Of a stretch of 64,000 nucleotides of DNA, positions 1 to 8,343 are shown in pieces; positions within the stretch are counted from its first letter, which is position 1; the number at the start of each line of letters is the position of its first letter. Source of the stretch: Bdellovibrionales bacterium (GTDB lineage Bacteria; Bdellovibrionota; Bdellovibrionia; Bdellovibrionales; UBA1609). The notes beneath the pieces are model-generated. The model had not been told where the DNA came from. It did not search any database and was given only the letters and a program-made list of their open reading frames with translations. The DNA lies in contig CBDBIB010000002.1 of assembly GCA_965205945.1 (NCBI GenBank), positions 64,001-128,000 of the forward strand. Direction: 5' to 3'. The translations under genes were made by a program, and so were the position numbers.

Positions 1-1
1 C

Positions 2-148
2 TTAACGCTAAAGCAAGAAACCACAAGGCCTCTAAGAAAGAATGCTATAGCTTAGCAAGAAGAGTTTGAGAAATTTATAAAAATCTATAATTATGAGCGT
101 CCCCATGAAGGGATCAATAATAAATACCCCTGTAAAGCAAGCTATTAA
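2..148 (+). pseudogene. IS481-family transposase C-terminal relic
   Basis: Frame 2 reads LTLKQETTRPLRKNAIA*QEEFEKFIKIYNYERPHEGINNKYP, with the integrase-core YNxERPH motif; in-frame TAG at 53-55; cut by the window edge. Confidence 0.8.
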
Positions 149-458
149 GAGGCTTTGCAAACACCCCAGGGGCTTTAAAAAGGCTTCAAAATTTGAAATG
201 ACATGAAATTTCTTGAAATATTGACCTTCAAAACCTCCCTCAAACCAAACACTACTAAGTGTAAGCGGTTATTAGTGTTTTTTATTTTTGTTAAATTTAT
301 ACTTAAAAAATGGTCGGGGAGACAGGTCGGACTGTTACCCAGACCTAAGTATTTTGAAAATAATAAATAATTTAACAATAATAACAACTTAAAGTCTTTC
401 TGGCTTGGAGCGAATTGGAATATTTTGGTAGGTTTTGGAGTGTATTCTGGGGGTGGTG

Positions 459-719
459 TTAGGAAATTTGGAAAGGTCCCACATGCGGTCCACTAGACTC
501 AGAAGGGCTGTCGACACCTGAGACTCTAACTTTAACTTTCTTACCAATGAGAGGGTGAAGCCCAGGGGTACTTACCTTAAATGTGTCACCATCTACAGGT
601 CTTTCATACTTAACGCAATTGAATGAGGTGGTGGTGTGAGTGCAGGGTGAGCTGAAAGCTATTGATGGTAAAAAAATAAACAAAAGCAGAAAAAAGGTGA
701 GTGTGCACTTAGAGGTCAC
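459..719 (-). pseudogene. Truncated thermonuclease (SNase-like) with signal peptide
   Basis: Hydrophobic N-terminus then VDGDT...VRVSGVDSP (SNase DGDT/RLxGIDAPE motifs); similarity ends there, far short of a full domain. Confidence 0.65.
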
Positions 720-981
720 GGCTATTTATTCCATTTACATAAAATTCATTTTTGTCACTTTTCCCATATTCAATTTCAAAAAAGCCATTATTTTTAGATT
801 TCAGGGAGAGAAGATCATTGTATAGATCAATTGAAATATTTTTAATGATAGTCCCTTTAAATACCTTAATTGAATCTTTTGACTCCCCGGTGCTTCTTTT
901 AAGAAGCTCAATTTTAAACTGTGAGGTTTCATTTATCTCTTCATCTATTGTTAGTATTCTGCACATTGAAACTTTAGGCAT
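709..981 (-). CDS. hypothetical protein
   Basis: 90-aa ATG ORF with GGGA upstream, co-oriented with lon. Confidence 0.45.
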   Translation of the reverse strand: MPKVSMCRILTIDEEINETSQFKIELLKRSTGESKDSIKVFKGTIIKNISIDLYNDLLSLKSKNNGFFEIEYGKSDKNEFYVNGINSRDL

Positions 982-1043
982 TGTACATTCCCATTTTTAT
1001 AATAGTTAAAAGCCCCGTGAGAATTTAAGGGTGTGGGCTATAA

Positions 1044-3455
1044 TTAAGCAGCTAAATTATTTCCAGTACCTGTTGCAGGAAAAGAGTTCTCCATATCATC
1101 ACCTTCAAAGACTTCACAGAAAACTTCATTTAGATGTCTAACTAAAATAAAGTTTAGTTTATTTTTAAATTCATCAGGAATATCTTGAATGTCTTTTCTA
1201 TTTTGAAAAGGAATGATTATATTTGTAATTCCTTGATTAAGAGCGGCTAAGGCTTTTTCTCTAATTCCACCCACAGGAAGGACTCGCCCTGTTAGAGTGA
1301 TTTCACCAGTCATTGCAATATCCATTCTTACAGGCCGTTTTGTTATAAGACTTAATAGAGCCGATGAAAGAGAGGTTCCTGCTGAAGGGCCATCTTTTGG
1401 AACAGCTCCTGCTGGTAAATGTATATGGATATCATGATTTTCAAACCAAGAAGAGTCTAAATTAAGAGTATCCGCGTTAGCTTTAATATATGTAAGCGCT
1501 GCAGAGGCGGACTCTTTCATTATATCGCCTAGTTGACCAGTAAGTTTAATGGCCCCTTTTCCAGGAGTTGCAATAGATTCAATATATAAAATTTCTCCAC
1601 CAACTTGAGTCCATGCTAGACCTATTGAAACACCTACTGGGTTATTGTGATAATGCTCCTCACGAATGAACTTTGGAGGGCCCATAAGTTCTACTAAGGT
1701 TTGTGAATTGACTAGAATTTTATCAGTTTGACCTTCGACAACAAGTTTAGCAACTTTTCTACAGACTGAGCCAATCTCTCTTTCTAAATTTCTTAGACCT
1801 GCTTCACGAGTAAAGCCTGAGATGAGTGTTTGAAGGCCATCATCTGTAAACTCAATATGAGAAGGCTTAAGTCCATTGTCTTCTATTTGGCGAGTGGTTA
1901 AATGTTTTTGGGCAATAAGTAATTTATCATTTTCCGTGTATCCAGGAATATTAATAACCTCCATTCGATCTTTTAACGCAGGGGGAATATTTTGTAGGAT
2001 ATTTGCTGTAGCTAAGAAGATTACGTTTGAAAGGTCAAAGTCAGAATTGATATAATTATCTTTAAAAGTGTTATTTTGTTCAGGATCTAAAACTTCAAGC
2101 ATTGCTGCTGATGGATCACCTCTAAAATCAGAGCCAAGTTTATCGATTTCATCTAATACAATGACAGGATTGTTAGTGCCTGCAGCTTTAAGGGCTTGGA
2201 TTATTTTACCAGGCATTGCTCCTACATAAGTTCTACGATGTCCTCTAATTTCAGCTTCATCTTTTAGGCCGCCAAGTGCAATGCGCTGATATTTTCTGCC
2301 CATTGCGTGGGCGATGCTTTTGCCAAGAGATGTTTTTCCAACTCCCGGAGGGCCTCCAAAACAGAGGATGGGGCCTTTAAGTTTAGTTTTCAGTTGTCGA
2401 ACGGCTAGGAATTCTAAAATACGATCTTTTACTTTATCTAAATCGTAATGATCTGAATCTAAGATTTTTCTAGCTTGAACAAGGTCTAAATTGTCTTTAG
2501 TAGATTTCGACCAAGGAAGGTCACACATCCAATCAAGGTAGCTTCTAATCATGGAAGATTCACTTGCATCAGGATGCATTTTTTCTAAACGAGCAAGTTG
2601 TTTTAAAACCTCAGTTTCAATTTCAAGAGGCATTTTTGCCTGTAAAACTCTATGGTTATAATTATTAACATCATTTTCTTTATTAGAACCTTCACCGTTT
2701 TCGTTAAGTTCATGTTTAATAGCCTTCATTTGTTCACGTAAGAAATATTCTCTTTGTGATTTTGTAAGCTGATCTTTAGAGGTGCCTGTAATTGTTGATT
2801 GCACTTTTAATAGATCTAACTCAGTAGATAAGAACTCATGAACAAGGCGTAGCCTTTTTAGATGGTCAGCTTCTTCTAATATGCGCTGTGAATTTTCAAT
2901 TTTTAAATTAAGGTTGCTTGCTAGGTGGTCTGCAAATTTACCTGGATCTTCAGAAACACTGTCTAAATCAAAAAGAATTCCTGCAGAAAGAGATTTTCCG
3001 TAACTAAGAGATTCTTCAACTATTGATTTACATTCTTCTATAAGAAGGCGTACTTCAGGCGTAGGTTTAATAGTTTTAGGTTCAAGAAGTTGTTTAATTT
3101 CTACTTCAAAGAAAGGGTCTTCATTTGAAAAACTTAAAACTTTGGCTTTACAAATACCTTGAGCTAAAATTTTAATGCGTCCATCAGAAAGTTTTCTAAT
3201 AGGCCTAACAATTTTTGCAATGGTTCCTGTTCTATAAATAGCATCTGAGGTAGGCTTATCATCAGTTTTTTCAACTTGTGTAGATAAGAAAATATACCTA
3301 TGTGTAGAAAAAGATTTTTCTACAGCTAGCACAGATGAATTTCTTCCAATGTATAATGGCAATGCCATGTAGGGAAAAACAACCATGTCTCGTACAGGAA
3401 GTAGTGGCAGTCGTGTTGGAAGAGAGTGGTTTGTTTTTTTATTTTTTGAGCTCAT
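1044..3455 (-). CDS. lon: ATP-dependent Lon protease
   Basis: LON N-domain, Walker A GPPGVGKTS, DEIDK, catalytic PKDGPSAG; GAGGAGG RBS. Confidence 0.98.
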   Translation of the reverse strand: MSSKNKKTNHSLPTRLPLLPVRDMVVFPYMALPLYIGRNSSVLAVEKSFSTHRYIFLSTQVEKTDDKPTSDAIYRTGTIAKIVRPIRKLSDGRIKILAQGICKAKVLSFSNEDPFFEVEIKQLLEPKTIKPTPEVRLLIEECKSIVEESLSYGKSLSAGILFDLDSVSEDPGKFADHLASNLNLKIENSQRILEEADHLKRLRLVHEFLSTELDLLKVQSTITGTSKDQLTKSQREYFLREQMKAIKHELNENGEGSNKENDVNNYNHRVLQAKMPLEIETEVLKQLARLEKMHPDASESSMIRSYLDWMCDLPWSKSTKDNLDLVQARKILDSDHYDLDKVKDRILEFLAVRQLKTKLKGPILCFGGPPGVGKTSLGKSIAHAMGRKYQRIALGGLKDEAEIRGHRRTYVGAMPGKIIQALKAAGTNNPVIVLDEIDKLGSDFRGDPSAAMLEVLDPEQNNTFKDNYINSDFDLSNVIFLATANILQNIPPALKDRMEVINIPGYTENDKLLIAQKHLTTRQIEDNGLKPSHIEFTDDGLQTLISGFTREAGLRNLEREIGSVCRKVAKLVVEGQTDKILVNSQTLVELMGPPKFIREEHYHNNPVGVSIGLAWTQVGGEILYIESIATPGKGAIKLTGQLGDIMKESASAALTYIKANADTLNLDSSWFENHDIHIHLPAGAVPKDGPSAGTSLSSALLSLITKRPVRMDIAMTGEITLTGRVLPVGGIREKALAALNQGITNIIIPFQNRKDIQDIPDEFKNKLNFILVRHLNEVFCEVFEGDDMENSFPATGTGNNLAA

Positions 3456-3478
3456 GAAGCCTCCTCTATGTGATATTT

Positions 3479-3505
3479 TAATCGGGAGGTAGCGTTAAAG
3501 CCTTA
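3479..3505 (-). promoter_or_regulatory. Putative sigma28 (FliA) promoter of lon
   Basis: TAAG-N15-CCCGATTA versus consensus TAAA-N15-GCCGATAA. Confidence 0.5.
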
Positions 3506-3748
3506 AAGGGGTGGAATTTTGACACTAAAAGTCTAGACATTTGTTTAGTTAGACTAAATTAAAACGCTTGTTAAAGCGTTGTTATTAAGAGAAATGTGCT
3601 TTTTTACCACATACTTAGTACTACTGTTTATAAATGAGATTCCTTTAATCTTGTTTATTTTTATAAATTAATTTTTTATCAAAAAAAGTGATCAGTTTTA
3701 CTCAAAGTTATTTAGAATTTTTTTAAATCTATTTGATTGTTTTAAAGC

Positions 3749-5713
3749 TTATTTGTTTTCTTTTATGTCATTTATTAACACAATCCTCTTATCTTTAACA
3801 GTTAGAGGGAGAAGGGGGCTTGCAAAATTGTGACCTTCTCGGATTAAACCTTGAGGTAAGCATTTATGAGTGATGATGGAGGTTTTGTTTAATGCTGAAA
3901 GGAGAGTTTTTCTAGACGTGATTTTAAAATAATTATGTATACTATTTAAAATAACACCTATTTCAATGCCTTTAAAAACATAAGAATTAATAGGCTCTTG
4001 AAATTTTGATAAAAATTCTTGTTCACACTTAGAAATAAGAATGTGAGGTTTAAAATAAGAACTTGCAAAGATGGAATTTTCTACAAAACGCTGCCCACGT
4101 TCTAATAAATCAGGATCATTCCATAGGTGAGTGCCAAGTAAAGTAAGGTTTTCTACATCAAAGTAAGCAAGTGTAGAAGCAATAAGACCTCCATTTTTAG
4201 CTCCATCAGAGATAAAAAGGGCATCAAAATCTATTTGAGGCTTTAAAAGCTCTTCTATTTTGGGTGAAGTGTTTCCTCTAGAGTGGAAAGATTTTTGCCA
4301 ATTCTTTAAAGCAACATTGTATTCTTCTTCTCGTCCTTTAATTGTAAGAAGTCCAACTAAGTTTTTAACAGTATTTGGAAGGGCTTTTTTTTCAGAAAGG
4401 TCATACTCAAGGGTTTGTATAATCTGACCACCTTTTTTAGTAAAACTTTTAAAAAAGGCTTTAGCATATTTTGTAGAAAAAGATTTTTTTGAATGAAGAA
4501 TAGACATACGTTTAATATTTAATTTTTCAATGGCAATGCTGGAGATTAAATCAGTATATTTTTCTAAAGATTGCAAACTTTGAAAGCCATATTTAGAAGA
4601 ATTAATAAGGCCCTCTTTTTGGCTTAAGGTTAGCGTTGGAATTTTGTATTCTTTTGATTTTTGTAAAAGAATTTTAGTGGTTTTTCCAATGAGCCCACCA
4701 ATAATAGCAATGGGCTTATCATTTTTAATCAGTTCATCAAAAGCTGAGGGAACTTGATTAGGGTCACCTTGAGAATCTAGAACTGCAAGTTTAAACTTAG
4801 TTTTATTTGTTGAATCCCAAATATTTAATGAGTATTGAAGACCTTTTAAAATTTGTTCACCAACAATCCGATATTTCCCGCTTAATGGAATGATTACGCC
4901 AATAACATCTTTATTTGTCGATTCATAAAGGCGACCTCGTGTTATAAGTTCAGCCCTTTGATTTTTATAAAAAGGTTGGTTTAAAAGATGAGAATATGCC
5001 TTAAGATTTGAAAGGGCTAATTCAGGAGAGTTATTTTCAAAATAATAAGTTGTAAGATTTAATGCGGCTTGAGGATGAAAGATACTAAGAGAAGGCTGAT
5101 TAAGAATTTTTTTAGTTTTTTCGCCTGTTAATTTTATTTTTAAAACATCTTGAGCCTGCTTAAATGTACTTTGAGCAAGTGTTTGATCTTTGGTTGTTAA
5201 AATAATATCTTTGGCATTATATAAATAATCAAAGTATCTTTCATTTTGAATAAGAAGAGGGGATTTAAGGAGCTGGATTTTTTTTAAGGAGCTTTGATCA
5301 ATAAGCTTATGGTGTTTAACATAGTTTAATGTTTTAAGGGCTTCTTTGCTATTTCCAAATTGTAACAAAAGATTTACTTTTCTTATAAGTGTACGTCCAT
5401 CAAGAGGAGATGAATATTTTGAATCTAAAATTTTAGAATAGGCTTTAAGTGCACCTTTTAAATCCCCTGCTTTTTCTAGAAGGAAACCTAAAAGAAACAG
5501 GGCGTCATCAGATAAATTATTTTTAGGATGGGTTGATAAGAGTTGATTTAGATTAGAAACTGCAAGGTTAGGATTGTTTGCAGAAATTTTTTGAATTCTT
5601 ATTAGGGTATTTTGGTAATTTTTTGAAGCTTGTAAAGCTTCTTGCTTAAGCTCTAGGGTCTTACAGCTGGAAAGAAAGGTTAAAATTAAAACTGTGTATT
5701 TAAGCATAGGCAC
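3749..5713 (-). CDS. LppC/LpoA-like lipoprotein (TPR + periplasmic binding fold)
   Basis: Lipobox LSSC, TPR-like helices, IGVIIPLSG motif, DFDALFI. Confidence 0.75.
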   Translation of the reverse strand: MPMLKYTVLILTFLSSCKTLELKQEALQASKNYQNTLIRIQKISANNPNLAVSNLNQLLSTHPKNNLSDDALFLLGFLLEKAGDLKGALKAYSKILDSKYSSPLDGRTLIRKVNLLLQFGNSKEALKTLNYVKHHKLIDQSSLKKIQLLKSPLLIQNERYFDYLYNAKDIILTTKDQTLAQSTFKQAQDVLKIKLTGEKTKKILNQPSLSIFHPQAALNLTTYYFENNSPELALSNLKAYSHLLNQPFYKNQRAELITRGRLYESTNKDVIGVIIPLSGKYRIVGEQILKGLQYSLNIWDSTNKTKFKLAVLDSQGDPNQVPSAFDELIKNDKPIAIIGGLIGKTTKILLQKSKEYKIPTLTLSQKEGLINSSKYGFQSLQSLEKYTDLISSIAIEKLNIKRMSILHSKKSFSTKYAKAFFKSFTKKGGQIIQTLEYDLSEKKALPNTVKNLVGLLTIKGREEEYNVALKNWQKSFHSRGNTSPKIEELLKPQIDFDALFISDGAKNGGLIASTLAYFDVENLTLLGTHLWNDPDLLERGQRFVENSIFASSYFKPHILISKCEQEFLSKFQEPINSYVFKGIEIGVILNSIHNYFKITSRKTLLSALNKTSIITHKCLPQGLIREGHNFASPLLPLTVKDKRIVLINDIKENK

Positions 5714-6586
5714 CTATTTTTTTCTACTTATTAAAGTTTCTTGAATTTTTTTAGAATATTCTTGCACAAGGGGGGTGGTTCTTTTACTAAGTAACTGTAA
5801 AGCTCTTAGTTCCTCAGGGGTAAGGTTTTCTGGAAAATCTACAATAATTTTAATAAGCATATCACCACGGCTGGTACCGCCAACTTTAGAAAAACCTTTT
5901 TGGCGAAGACGAAATATTTTTCCAGTGTGTGTGTTTTCAGGTATGTTTAAAACAGCTTTTCCAAAGAGCGTTGGAACATTAACCTTTCCTCCAAGTACTG
6001 CAGTGCCTAGATTTAATGGAAGGTCCATATAGAGATTGCGACCTTTTCTTTCAAAAAGAGGATGTGGTAAAACATCAATATACACAAAGAGATCCCCCCT
6101 TTTTTTAGAGGACAATACAGGGCCTTCCCCTTTAAGCTTTAGTTTTTGCCCTTCTTTAACCCCACGAGGCACTACGACTTCTAAACGTACCTCTTCTTTT
6201 TTACCAAGGGGTGAACTTTTGTAGAAATGAATTACTTTAGAGCAGCCTTGTCCACATTCTTCAAGAGATAGAAGAAGAGAGTATTTATAGTGAGGGGTTT
6301 TAGATTGATTAAAACTAGGATCCGTTGCTGCGTTATTAGGGCTCCAGCCAGGGCAGGTGTTTTCATCAAAGGTGTCTTCATCCTTATTTAACTCAGCAGA
6401 TAGGGCGTATTCAGATAACTTTTTATAGGCATCATTGATTTTATTAAAAACTTCTTCAGGATTGTTAATACTAGGATTCTTATCTGGGTGGTATTTTAAC
6501 GCAAGTTGTCGGTAGGCCTTTTTAATGTCAGCAAGAGAGGCCCCCGATTTTAAGCCTAAAGTAGTATAGTAGGCGTTTAAATTCAA
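5714..6586 (-). CDS. DnaJ/CbpA-type co-chaperone lacking zinc finger
   Basis: J domain with HPD plus DnaJ_C domain; no CxxCxGxG repeats. Confidence 0.9.
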   Translation of the reverse strand: MNLNAYYTTLGLKSGASLADIKKAYRQLALKYHPDKNPSINNPEEVFNKINDAYKKLSEYALSAELNKDEDTFDENTCPGWSPNNAATDPSFNQSKTPHYKYSLLLSLEECGQGCSKVIHFYKSSPLGKKEEVRLEVVVPRGVKEGQKLKLKGEGPVLSSKKRGDLFVYIDVLPHPLFERKGRNLYMDLPLNLGTAVLGGKVNVPTLFGKAVLNIPENTHTGKIFRLRQKGFSKVGGTSRGDMLIKIIVDFPENLTPEELRALQLLSKRTTPLVQEYSKKIQETLISRKK

Positions 6587-6588
6587 AG

Positions 6589-7146
6589 TTAGCTTTTGCT
6601 TGATACAGGTTTAGTTGCAATGATTACTTGTGCGTGGCGTAAAACTTTTTCATGGTAAAAATAGCCCTTTCTCATAACATTATAAACAAGGCCTTCTTTT
6701 ATATCTGCTGAGGGAAATTGGCTTAGTGCTTCAGCCTGAGAAGGGTTAAAGGGTTTATTTTTGCAATCTATTTCACTTATTCCATGTTTGGAAAATACAC
6801 CTTTAAGCTCTTTTTCAGTGAGCTTTACTCCATCAAGAAAAGATTGAAAGTTTTTAGGGGAGACTTTCATTTCTAAAGCTTTTTGAAAAACATCTAACAC
6901 AGTTAAAAGGTCTCTTGCAATAGCTTCTCCTCCAAATTTAATAAGTTCTGAGTGCTCTTTAATTGAGTGCTTTCTAAAGTTGTCAAATTCGGCTCTAAGG
7001 TAAAGGTATTCTTTTTTTGAGTTTTTAAGTTCAGTCTTTAAGGACTCAAGCTCTAGGGCTTTGGGCTCTTCTTCTGAATTTACATTAGGCGGTTCTGGGA
7101 TTTCATTTTCAGTGTCTATTTCAGAATTATTTGTATTGTTATTCAT
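6589..7146 (-). CDS. grpE: Nucleotide exchange factor GrpE
   Basis: AEFDNFRK, FNP, KGY...LRHAQV motifs. Confidence 0.95.
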   Translation of the reverse strand: MNNNTNNSEIDTENEIPEPPNVNSEEEPKALELESLKTELKNSKKEYLYLRAEFDNFRKHSIKEHSELIKFGGEAIARDLLTVLDVFQKALEMKVSPKNFQSFLDGVKLTEKELKGVFSKHGISEIDCKNKPFNPSQAEALSQFPSADIKEGLVYNVMRKGYFYHEKVLRHAQVIIATKPVSSKS

Positions 7147-7158
7147 ATAAATCTCCTT

Positions 7159-8343
7159 TTAAAAGCAAAGCTTTTTAAATACTTCATTAGGAATTTTAAA
7201 TCCAGTAGATGTTAACGCCCATTGGCCATTATTATAAGATATTAGTCCATTTTGTTCCAATTTGGACAGGTTGTGCTCAAGTTTAGGGGGAATATTTTGG
7301 TATCCATATTTTAAGAGTAAACTTTTACGACTCATACCTTTAAGTTGCCTTAAAGAAGTATGACAAAAATCTGTAAGAGATTCATGGAGCTTTAAAATTT
7401 CTTTTTTTTGATGTGGCCTTAAAGGATTGCTTACACAAGTCTTATATTTTGAATAAACGCCACTGTTCCAAGATCGAGTTCCCCACTTAGAAGATTTTAA
7501 ATAAGAATGGGCCCCCATCCCTAGACCTAAGTATTCGCAATCTTGCCAATAACCTTTATTGTGTTTAGACTCATACCCACTTTGAGCATAATTTGAAATC
7601 TCATATTTAAAAATCTTATTTTCAGAGAGTCTATTTGTGATTAAGTCCATCATTTTAATTTGAATCTGGTCATTAGGGCGGTTTTTATTAAAGAAATGTT
7701 GGGTGGGAAGAGTTAAGTTGTACGGACTTACATGTTTTAAAGAAAAAGGTAAGAGCTTATTTAAGTCCTCATTTAAGTGTTTAAGTGTTTGATTAGGAAG
7801 GCCAAATAAAATATCTATAGAAAAATTAATATTTAGGTGGCTCATGTTTTCTAAGTCTTTTAATGTTTGCTCAGGGCTGTGTTCTCTATGACATGCCTTT
7901 AAGAATAGGGGATTAAGGGTTTGAACTCCTAGACTAAAGCGATTTACTCCAAGATCTAAGAGTTCTTTAAAATCATTTAAAGACAAGGTGCCAGGATTAA
8001 TTTCTAAAGTGATTTCAGGGTTTTTAACAAATGAGTACGTTTTTTGGACATCATTAAGAATACATTTTATTTGTTTAATAGAGAGAAGGGATGGGGTGCC
8101 ACCTCCAAAGTAGAGAGTTTTAATTTTTTTGGGTCTATCAATGCTTTTAAGTTTAAGTTCTTTAGATAGCAGTTTAATGTAATCGGTAAGAGGTGGTAAT
8201 TCATTTATTTGAAATTTCACAAAATCACAGTAATGACACTTTTGTATGCAGTAAGGAATATGAATATAAAGACCAAAAGTTAAAGACGATCCCCTTTCTG
8301 GAGGAGAATTTGATGAAAAATTTGAAAGTTGAGAGTCTATCAA
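7159..8343 (-). CDS. hemW: Radical SAM heme chaperone HemW (start uncertain)
   Basis: LYIHIPYCIQKCHYCDF, GGGTPS, YEISNY, HN motif. Confidence 0.9.
   Translation of the reverse strand: MIDSQLSNFSSNSPPERGSSLTFGLYIHIPYCIQKCHYCDFVKFQINELPPLTDYIKLLSKELKLKSIDRPKKIKTLYFGGGTPSLLSIKQIKCILNDVQKTYSFVKNPEITLEINPGTLSLNDFKELLDLGVNRFSLGVQTLNPLFLKACHREHSPEQTLKDLENMSHLNINFSIDILFGLPNQTLKHLNEDLNKLLPFSLKHVSPYNLTLPTQHFFNKNRPNDQIQIKMMDLITNRLSENKIFKYEISNYAQSGYESKHNKGYWQDCEYLGLGMGAHSYLKSSKWGTRSWNSGVYSKYKTCVSNPLRPHQKKEILKLHESLTDFCHTSLRQLKGMSRKSLLLKYGYQNIPPKLEHNLSKLEQNGLISYNNGQWALTSTGFKIPNEVFKKLCF

Noticed and set aside
149..170. GAGGCTTTGCAAACACCCC as an IS5-type terminal repeat
   Set aside because: No partner repeat or transposase in the window
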